Source: Sphingobacteriales bacterium
GTDB lineage: Bacteria; Bacteroidota; Bacteroidia; Chitinophagales; JADIYW01
Length of the DNA stretch: 64,000 nt
Direction: 5' to 3'
NCBI GenBank assembly: GCA_016699615.1
Contig: CP064984.1
Span: 2,488,721 to 2,552,720, forward strand
Below the pieces are notes generated by a model. The model was given only the letters and a program-made list of their open reading frames with translations. It ran no database searches and had not been told where the DNA came from. The position numbers and the translations under genes were made by a program. Of the stretch, positions 42,921 to 50,553 are shown one piece after another (position 1 is the stretch's first letter; each line of letters opens with the position of its first letter).

Positions 42921-44489
42921 ATGAATACTCTAAAATATATTTCCGTTTTTATCATCATAACAATAAGTTCTATTTATTCTGCATATGCTCAACAATTGCC
43001 AGTGTATAATAACTATACAGTAAATCCTTTTTTTATACAATCCAGCAAGAGCAGGCGATAATCCAGATGGTGGTGTTATAAACTTAGGATTTAGAAAACA
43101 ATGGGATAAAATGCCTTATATCCAATTACTGGAGTCGCTTCTTGGGATTCAAGAATTAAAGAAAGTAATAGTGCATTGGGTGTTTCTGTAATACATGACA
43201 GAAATGGAAAACATATCATGAACACATTTGCAAATGTTGCTTATGCGTATAGAATACCATTTAACAAAGATAAAACTCATGGATTGTCTATTGGTGTTCA
43301 AGCTGGCATTATAGCAAATAAATTAAATATTTCTGAAGCCATAGCGACACATGATATTTCAATGGATCCAGCTTTGTTGGGTAATAATGCAAAATCTGTT
43401 GGTTTTGATTTGAATGTGGGAATTAATTATTTCTTCAAAGGATTGAATGTTGGTTTTTCTGTACCACAAGTAATTGGTGGAAAATTGAAATTTAGAGAAA
43501 ATGGAGACCAAACAGATAAAAATTCTATTTTTCAAACAAGAAGAGAATATATAGTATTAGTAAGCTACGAAGCAAGATTTGGAGGAAAAGATAAAAAAAC
43601 TTGGATGATTACACCATCAGTAATGATGAGAAAATATGAGGCTATCGACCCACAATTAGACTTCAATTTAATGTTAGGCTATAAAAAACTAATTTGGCTA
43701 GGTGGTGGATATAGAACTGGTGGCAGCATCAATGGTATTATTTCTCCAAATGCAGCAGGATTTCACGCAACAGCAGGTGCTGGTATCAAAGAAAGAGTAA
43801 ATCTGTTTTATACTATGGAATTGCCATTCAAAAATGTTAGAAATAATTTTGGCTACACACATGAGGTTACAATACAATGTAACCTAACACGTAAGGTAGA
43901 TAAAAAAGATTATGAGAAAGACAAAAAGAAAATGGAAGATGATATTGCAAATGTTGATAAAAAAGCTGATAGCGTTGCAAGTGTTGCAAATGATGCATTG
44001 GATAAATCAAATACAGCGATGGATAAAACTCAACAGAATGCTGAGAAATTAGACAAAGTTGAACAAAAAGCAAACGAAGCATTTGATAAAGCTAGCACAG
44101 CAACAAATACTGTTGATAAATTAGAACAAAGAGTAGATAATATCATGTTTAAAAAACTGACTTCAGTATACTTTGACCATGACCAAAATGCATTAACACA
44201 TGAAGCAAAAGACATCTTAGATGCTTTGAAAGTAAAACTTTCTGAAATGCAAGGTAACTACTTTATTTACTTAGCAGGAAATGCATCACAAGAAGGCGAT
44301 ATAAACTACAACCAAGCATTGTCTGCAAAAAGATGTGATGCAGTAAAACAATACTTAGAAGGAATTACATTGTCAGAAAGAATATTGTTATTGCCATATG
44401 GCGAAAATAGTACAGTTACAAATTCACAATCTACAGAAGCAGAAAGAGCAAAAAATAGGAGAGTTGATATCTTTATTTCTGGACAATAA
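42921..44489 (+). pseudogene. PorP/SprF family T9SS membrane protein fused to a coiled-coil and OmpA-like C-terminal domain (two frameshifts near 43028-43034 and about 43105-43125)
   Basis: Signal peptide MNTLKYISVF..AYAQQLPVYNNY, then NPFF(L)YNPARAG readable after adding a T to the T7 run. The body is ORF 43176-44489 ending NRRVDIFISGQ (OmpA family). Confidence 0.75.
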
Positions 44490-44515
44490 TAGAAATAAAC
44501 AAACAGCATATTTAA

Positions 44516-44547
44516 TAGCCAAGTATTTTATACTTGGCTATTTTTTT
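44516..44547 (+). terminator. rho-independent terminator after the PorP/OmpA gene
   Basis: 10-bp stem tagccaagta/tacttggcta, loop tttta, followed by T7. Confidence 0.8.
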
Positions 44548-44678
44548 GTGCATTTTGAACAAATTTGTAGCGTTTTTGTTCTAATGGTTGATATGAAATT
44601 AATTTCTATTTTTATATATAATGAATCGGAAAATATTTTTAAAAATTCTTGGTCTAACACCATTTTTGTATAATATGA

Positions 44679-44802
44679 AAATCTAAGATGTTGCACATAC
44701 CTAAGCCTAAGTTTTTGTGCTTGTAGTGCTATTTGTTTTTGATTTTCAAACCAGTAATAATATCTGCTTTGACGAAGTAAGTAGTTTGTTACTCAAGAAG
44801 AC
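44679..44802. repeat. about 124-bp intergenic repeat, copy A (pairs with 47256-47378)
   Basis: Hand alignment gives roughly 85% identity in direct orientation. The shared core is aaatctaagatgttgcacatac...gtttttgtgcttgtagtgcta...agtaataatatctg. Confidence 0.85.
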
Positions 44803-44842
44803 CAACAATGGTGAGGAGCTGTGGTGGTATTATTTTTTCAAT

Positions 44843-45511
44843 TTATCTATTAAATAATAGTTCAATACATTCGTTACATAGAAATCTTCTTTCATATGTT
44901 AGTTCTTTATTACGTTTTTCTGATTTAATTTTTTGTTTTCTTATGTTAACACTTCTATTCCAAAATAATAAACCTTTTTCTTCTTTTATTGCCTTATCTA
45001 TATCTTCTTTTGCAACAAATGAAGTACGATTATTCTCATTTCCAATTTGAAAATAATGGTCACAAAATTGACATTTTGCATAATTCATCATGTATATTAA
45101 TTGCATGTTGAATTTCTTTATAGGATTATAATATGGAGACGTTAGAATTTCGTGGCACTTATTTTTATTGTCAATTTGTATTAAACCGACACCGATATGA
45201 TTAGCAATCATAATTTCATCTTGAGTAAAACCATTGTTTCTTATGTCAGCAAGATAAACACGATTACCATAAATTGTATAACCAAATGCTTGTCCAGATG
45301 CAGTAGCAAATGCTTCTTTATCTCTTTTTACTTCTATAATAATAGTTTCAATTTCACCACTAAAGTCTCCACCAACATCTCTTAATCCAACTACGTCTGC
45401 TCTACTTTTAATTGTTCCAATATTCGTTTTTGTTTCAAAACACAAATATTGATTCTTTAACCATTTTTCCACATTTGGATAATATTCTTTTTCTAGTTTA
45501 ACATCATTCAT
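44843..45511 (-). CDS. PD-(D/E)xK nuclease-fold protein with C-terminal CxxC...CxxC zinc-ribbon-like region
   Basis: An E15...RADVVGL...IIIEVKR...GQAFGY layout fits the E-D-ExK-Q restriction-endonuclease-like core. C-terminal CQFCDH and CNEC pairs. Confidence 0.5.
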   Translation of the reverse strand: MNDVKLEKEYYPNVEKWLKNQYLCFETKTNIGTIKSRADVVGLRDVGGDFSGEIETIIIEVKRDKEAFATASGQAFGYTIYGNRVYLADIRNNGFTQDEIMIANHIGVGLIQIDNKNKCHEILTSPYYNPIKKFNMQLIYMMNYAKCQFCDHYFQIGNENNRTSFVAKEDIDKAIKEEKGLLFWNRSVNIRKQKIKSEKRNKELTYERRFLCNECIELLFNR

Positions 45512-45631
45512 ATTTTTAATCTTTTACCATTAAAACTAACTTTGTTATATGCGCTACTTTATAGCATCAATCAAATATAATTTTATTTTATAAAACATCA
45601 AACTTACTATTAAAAAAAATCACAAACTAAG

Positions 45632-46954
45632 CTATTGTTTTATATTTAGTTTTATTCCATTTTTTGGTTTTAGGGTAACTAATGGTTCGAGTATTACTTC
45701 GTGGTTGGTGTCTATTTCAAAATCGAAATGATAGAGTAGTTGTGCTAAGACTATCGTTATTTCCATGGTTGCAAAATTAAATCCTATGCACATTCTTGGT
45801 CCTGCTCCAAATGGATAATAGGCATTCGTATTTAATAATGGGTTTTGCTTTCCTATAAATCTTTCTGGAATAAAATCATCTGCTTGTTGCCAATACGCTT
45901 TGTGTCTATGTAAATGATAAAGACTTAAAAATAGCACTGTTTCTTTTGGTATTGTTGTATCATTTACTATTGCAGCTTCTTTACTTTCTCTACTTAAAAC
46001 ATATGCTGTTGGATACAATCTTAATGTTTCATCAATCACTGCTTTTATATAGGTTAGTTGCTTGTAGTTTTCAATAGAAAGTTCGCCATCTTTCATTATG
46101 CTTTGTACTTCTTCTTTTGCTTTCTTATATTTTTCAGGATGTTTGCACAAATTATACATTGCCCAAGATATTGCATAACCAGAAGTTTCATGTCCAGCAA
46201 CATATATCGTTAATAGCTCATCACGTAGTTGTGTATCGCTCATGCCTTCGTTGGTGTCTATATCACGAGCATCCATCAACATACTTAATAAATCATTTTT
46301 AGCAGCTTGTTTTTTTCTTTCGTTAATAACATGGTATAGAATTTTATCTAAGCTTGCTACTGCGTTCTCAAACTGATTGCGTTTGCCATTCAACTTAGAC
46401 CAAGTTTTATACATAGGATTGCGCATACAATTCATCATGTACAATTGCAAGTCATAAATATGTTTTTGAATTGGATTTAATTGACCTGCAACATCAGCAC
46501 CTAATAGTGTTTCTACTACAATTTTAGAAGTGAGTTGCATCATTTCTACATCAATAAAAACATTTTGTTTATTGTTTGTTTTCCATTCTTGTAGTTCATT
46601 TTTTGTCATGCTATTCATCACATCAAAAAAACCTTCTAATCTATTTTTATAAAATGCTGGTTGCGCTAAACGTCTTTGTTTAAACCAAGATTCACCATCA
46701 TTTGTAAGCAAACCATTGCCTAAAGTCATTTTTAATTTATTGGAATCATAATCTTTTCTATAGTTTTTGTGATTCGAAATTAAAATATGCTGAATGACTT
46801 CTGCATCGCAAGTAGTGAAAATCTTTCGCATAGGCAATTTAAAAATAAAAGAATTACTCGATTTAAAGTGTTCGCTAAAAAATGGAATAATTCCTTTAGA
46901 GATGTCTAGTGCATTGCCTAAAATGGGTAAAGATTTTATGGTAGGTGTACTCAT
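45632..46954 (-). CDS. cytochrome P450
   Basis: Heme loop FGAGPRMCIG, I-helix AGHETS and ETLR (ExxR) motif. 440 aa. Confidence 0.95.
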   Translation of the reverse strand: MSTPTIKSLPILGNALDISKGIIPFFSEHFKSSNSFIFKLPMRKIFTTCDAEVIQHILISNHKNYRKDYDSNKLKMTLGNGLLTNDGESWFKQRRLAQPAFYKNRLEGFFDVMNSMTKNELQEWKTNNKQNVFIDVEMMQLTSKIVVETLLGADVAGQLNPIQKHIYDLQLYMMNCMRNPMYKTWSKLNGKRNQFENAVASLDKILYHVINERKKQAAKNDLLSMLMDARDIDTNEGMSDTQLRDELLTIYVAGHETSGYAISWAMYNLCKHPEKYKKAKEEVQSIMKDGELSIENYKQLTYIKAVIDETLRLYPTAYVLSRESKEAAIVNDTTIPKETVLFLSLYHLHRHKAYWQQADDFIPERFIGKQNPLLNTNAYYPFGAGPRMCIGFNFATMEITIVLAQLLYHFDFEIDTNHEVILEPLVTLKPKNGIKLNIKQ

Positions 46955-47255
46955 AATTATATAAATATACGAAATATGAATAATGATATATTCGTGTTTG
47001 TTTTCATTTTTTAATGATTAGTGTTTTTATTTACTTTCTTTCCCTTGATGGAAGAGTGTAATATTACTTTTTTCTTGATAAAAAAGTAACAAAAAATCAA
47101 GGCTTACGAAAAATAACGCTAAAAATATTCGTCTTCGCTAATAGTTTTTAAACTTGTTCTGCTTCTTCTAAGGAGAAATTCAAATAGAAAAATTTCTTTT
47201 ACGCTCGACGCTTATTTTCTTAACACTATTTTTTTAATGTCGTTTTTTTAATAAG

Positions 47256-47378
47256 AAATCTAAGATGTTGCACATACTTATGTCTAAGTTTTTGTGCTTG
47301 TAGTGCTAATTGTTTTGTTTTTCAAACAAGTAATAATATCTGTCTTAGTAGATGTATGTAGTTGTTGGACAAGAAGAT
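47256..47378. repeat. about 124-bp intergenic repeat, copy B
   Basis: See copy A. Located between the helicase 3-prime end and the P450 5-prime end. Confidence 0.85.
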
Positions 47379-47546
47379 CTATTAGATTGAGTTTTTAAAT
47401 TGTTTTTTATTCTTGGTAACTCATGCTTCTTGTCTTTGCCTATACCATCAAAGGCGAGATTTTGGCGTGCTGCTTAGATAATTTTACACCAAACAATTGA
47501 ATTATCAACCATTTAATATGTAAGTTATATAAAACACCAACAAAAA

Positions 47547-47591
47547 TACCACTTTGTTCAACTGCCACAGATGTTATCGGTAGTGCTAATT
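47547..47591. repeat. about 45-bp repeat abutting the helicase stop codon (copy C1)
   Basis: ataccactttgttcaactgccacagatgttatcggtagtgctaa versus copy C2 ataccaagttgtgcaactgacacggctgttagcagtagtcg. About 79% identity over 42 aligned positions by hand. Confidence 0.7.
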
Positions 47592-49358
47592 TTATCCATA
47601 CAGTTCTTCAAGTTCTAATTTTTTAATTCTTGATGTAATTGCTCCTTTTGTACGTCCGAAATGTTTTGCTATATCTTTTGGATTTACTCCTTCGCAATAC
47701 ATTGTTGTAAGTTCATTGTCAAGTTCTGGTGTCCAAGGTTTATAAGCATCTTTATGCTTTGTTCTTATTTCGTCAACGGAATAAATCTTTTCAGTTTTGT
47801 TTTCTTTTTTGTCTATTTTTATTTGTTGTTTTTCTTCTTTGCTCACAACTTTCATAATGTGAATTTGTGTCGATTTTGGAAAGTCAATTGGCATTAAACT
47901 TTCGGGGATATGAATGCTGTTTCTAGCCCGAGTTACTGCGACATAAAGCAGATTAATTTCTTCATTCAGCTTGGTTGCGTTTATTTCTTCCGCTTTCTTG
48001 TCTTCCTTTAATTTCTCTAATTTTTCTTCTGAAATAAAGTCGTTCACAAGTTGAATAGCATCGTATTCCATTCCTTTACAACGATGAACTGTCGAGAAAA
48101 TCATTTCAGCTTTTTCTTTATCGTCATTGTCAACGTGTTTTTCTTTAATGGCTTTGATAATGTTAGGAATTTTGTTCCCATATTCTCTAACGATTTCAAC
48201 CATAATTGCAAGTTGAACATCTTCTGTCTTTTCAATGTAATCTTCTAACTCGTCAAGGTTCTTCATTGCCTTAATAAGTTTGTCTTTTATCAAATGTGTC
48301 TTGTTGTTGTAAAGATTGAGAACGTCATAAAGCGATGCTCCTTCGTCTGCGTATGTATATGAGTTGATGTTACCTTCAAAGTAAATGTGTTTTACCTTTT
48401 TCTTTTCGGTTATATATTCAATTGCTTTTAGCAAAAGTCCAAGATTTGTTCTTGCAAGCACTGCTTTGGTCTTTATTTCTTTATTGTTTCCTTTCCCTAT
48501 AATTGGAATTGCTTGGTGTTCGTTAATATGTTTTTTAAATTTCAAAACTTCCATTGCAAGATTTGCAATGTCTTGACTAAACCGAAAACTTGTCGAAAGA
48601 TTATATGTTCTGAAGTCCGCTTTTTCAAGAGAGTTTACGGCAAAACGCCAACCATAAATTTGTTGATGAGTGTCGCCAACGATTACTTTTATCGCTGGTT
48701 GTTTGAAGAAAACGTCAAGCATAGCTGGTGAAGCGTCTTGTCCTTCGTCAAAAAGTATGTAGTCGTATGGAAGTTTTGGATTTGAAAGCTGAAACTTTTT
48801 AAGATAAAATTCATGGGTTACTTCAATTTCTCCTTTGTCCATTTTACTCAATAAAAGTCGGGATTGAGAAACTATGTAGTCGTAAAATGATGATACGAAA
48901 ATTTTGGCTTTCGGGTCAGTAACTGTGTCAAGATAGTTTAAGTCCTGAACCTTTTGTTTGTCGCTGTTGCAGAAATAAGCAATGAATTTATTGATGTGGT
49001 TTGCAATTACATATTCTGTGTGTTTTTCTTCATTGCCTTGCAAGTTTAAAAGTTCTGCAATTTCATTTGTCTTGTAACCTTGTCCTCTTACTATGTAGTT
49101 GTTTTGAAATACTATATGTCTGTATGCAAGTGAATGGGCTGTTTCAACTTTCACGTTGTTCAGTCCTTTGTTGGCAAATTTTTTAGCGGCTTCAAGTTTT
49201 ACTGATTTGTTGAAAGCTAAATATAAAATTTTACTTGTCGCTGTTCGTGTCTTAGCGTATTCTATAACGGTTGTGGTTTTACCCGAACCAGCAACAGCAT
49301 TTATTTTGATGTTTCCAGATGAATTGATTATGTCATGTTGTTCGGGTGTCAATTCCAT
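47592..49358 (-). CDS. UvrD/PcrA-like superfamily-1 helicase with C-terminal helix-turn-helix domain
   Basis: Walker A AVAGSGKTTT, Walker B LFDEGQD, GDTHQQIYGWR, STVHRCKGMEYD and LLYVAVTRAR. The C-terminal 60 aa (WTPELDNELTTMY..GVNPKDIAKHFGRTKGAITSRIKKL) look like a sigma-r4/Myb-like HTH. Confidence 0.85.
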   Translation of the reverse strand: MELTPEQHDIINSSGNIKINAVAGSGKTTTVIEYAKTRTATSKILYLAFNKSVKLEAAKKFANKGLNNVKVETAHSLAYRHIVFQNNYIVRGQGYKTNEIAELLNLQGNEEKHTEYVIANHINKFIAYFCNSDKQKVQDLNYLDTVTDPKAKIFVSSFYDYIVSQSRLLLSKMDKGEIEVTHEFYLKKFQLSNPKLPYDYILFDEGQDASPAMLDVFFKQPAIKVIVGDTHQQIYGWRFAVNSLEKADFRTYNLSTSFRFSQDIANLAMEVLKFKKHINEHQAIPIIGKGNNKEIKTKAVLARTNLGLLLKAIEYITEKKKVKHIYFEGNINSYTYADEGASLYDVLNLYNNKTHLIKDKLIKAMKNLDELEDYIEKTEDVQLAIMVEIVREYGNKIPNIIKAIKEKHVDNDDKEKAEMIFSTVHRCKGMEYDAIQLVNDFISEEKLEKLKEDKKAEEINATKLNEEINLLYVAVTRARNSIHIPESLMPIDFPKSTQIHIMKVVSKEEKQQIKIDKKENKTEKIYSVDEIRTKHKDAYKPWTPELDNELTTMYCEGVNPKDIAKHFGRTKGAITSRIKKLELEELYG

Positions 49359-49551
49359 TTAACTCTATAAAGATTTCGTCAGAAAGTTATGTTTTTTTGT
49401 TTTTGTCTGTTCGTTAATTGCACAAAAGTTTCAAGTTAGCACTGTCGTCAAAGCATTACCTATAACATGCGGCGACTTTGCGAAGTTACGAATCTTAAAC
49501 CAAGTTTGCAAGTGAAGTAATTTATTATATATTATACAACGACCATCCTAA

Positions 49552-49594
49552 ATACCAAGTTGTGCAACTGACACGGCTGTTAGCAGTAGTCGTT
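49552..49594. repeat. about 45-bp repeat abutting the PIN-gene stop codon (copy C2)
   Basis: See C1. It overlaps the TAA stop of the PIN gene by two bases. Confidence 0.7.
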
Positions 49595-50009
49595 ATTTGA
49601 TTGTTTTTAAGTAAGTTTCAGGTGTCATAATAGACAATTTACTTGTTTTATAGTCTTTGATATTTCTCGTAATAATGACTTTAATTTTATTTTGATTTTG
49701 TACTGAAAAATTCTGCAATGCATCTTCAAAATCCTTGAAATCAGAATTTAGTGCATCAATTATTGCTTTTTTATCAGTAATTATGACATCAATAAAACGC
49801 ATTAATATTTTTAAATTTTCAATTACTTTTTCGTGTTTTGCAGTCTTTCGTAGTAAATAATAAATATTACTCAGCATAATAGAAGTGATAAATCCTTTTA
49901 TTTTGTCTTTTTCACAGAGATTTAAAATTAGAGAAGCTTCTTCAGAAAATGGTTTTCTATCAAAAAAGAAATCAAGAATTACGTCTGTATCGATAAGAAC
50001 TTTATCCAT
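49593..50009 (-). CDS. PIN-domain toxin (VapC-like)
   Basis: N-terminal LIDTDVILDFF, central DFEDALQ and C-terminal IITRNIKDY acidic/PIN signature. 138 aa. Confidence 0.8.
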   Translation of the reverse strand: MDKVLIDTDVILDFFFDRKPFSEEASLILNLCEKDKIKGFITSIMLSNIYYLLRKTAKHEKVIENLKILMRFIDVIITDKKAIIDALNSDFKDFEDALQNFSVQNQNKIKVIITRNIKDYKTSKLSIMTPETYLKTIK

Positions 50010-50037
50010 TACAAGTATTTTTCTGTCAAACGATTTG

Positions 50038-50262
50038 TTAATTCTTTTTTATAATCAAAATTTTTGGCATTTTGAAAGAGCCTCTTAATGATTTAATTGT
50101 CGATGTTAATTCAGTTTCTTCTTTTTCAATAATTTCGTTGTTTGTCAAGGCTTTAAGATAATTTTCAATTAAATCAGAAAGACTTCTTTCTTTATTTCTT
50201 GCATATTTTTTTGCCTTTTCAATAACTGATTGTTCAATTGTCAAAGTCAATTTTGTATTCAT
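50038..50262 (-). CDS. putative antitoxin (DUF6364-like, RHH-type)
   Basis: MNTKLTLTIEQSVIEKAKKYARNKERSLSDLIENYLKAL. Small gene 28 nt upstream of the PIN gene on the same strand. Confidence 0.55.
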   Translation of the reverse strand: MNTKLTLTIEQSVIEKAKKYARNKERSLSDLIENYLKALTNNEIIEKEETELTSTIKSLRGSFKMPKILIIKKN

Positions 50263-50350
50263 AATTTCATATTTAAAACAAAGATACAAAATTTTAAATT
50301 ACACGTGTAAATTGTGATTTTTTTATACGTATTTTTTCACGATTACCGTA

Positions 50351-50369
50351 AACGATTCACTACTACAGC
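50351..50369. repeat. inverted partial copy of the C-type repeat
   Basis: aacgattcactactacagc is the imperfect reverse complement of gctgttagcagtagtcgtt (49576-49594). About 15 of 20 positions match. Confidence 0.45.
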
Positions 50370-50553
50370 TGGTTTGGGACTAAATTTTGCCCATTCCTTG
50401 TATTTGCCGAATCATTCAAATACAAAAAAGTCGGTTATATTTGTGTACAAACTATAGGGAGACTTACACGTTATTTTCTTTATGTTATTTTTCAAATGCA
50501 GTTTTTATTTCTTATTAGAATGTGAGAGTTGCTATCTAAAAGTGTAATTCTAA

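Noticed and set aside
44398-45050. ORFs 44398-44673 (+) and 44808-45050 (+)
   Set aside because: The first runs through the terminator and spacer after the PorP/OmpA gene. The second is antisense to the PD-(D/E)xK gene. Both have low-complexity Phe/Leu/Ile composition typical of AT-rich noise.
44490-50553. Classical integron (intI plus attI plus attC array)
   Set aside because: No tyrosine recombinase gene or attI is in the window. The candidate core sites sit on the strand opposite to the ORFs, and I could not find convincing R-box/L-box hairpin symmetry by eye. The idea is kept only as a cassette-like hypothesis to be tested with attC models.
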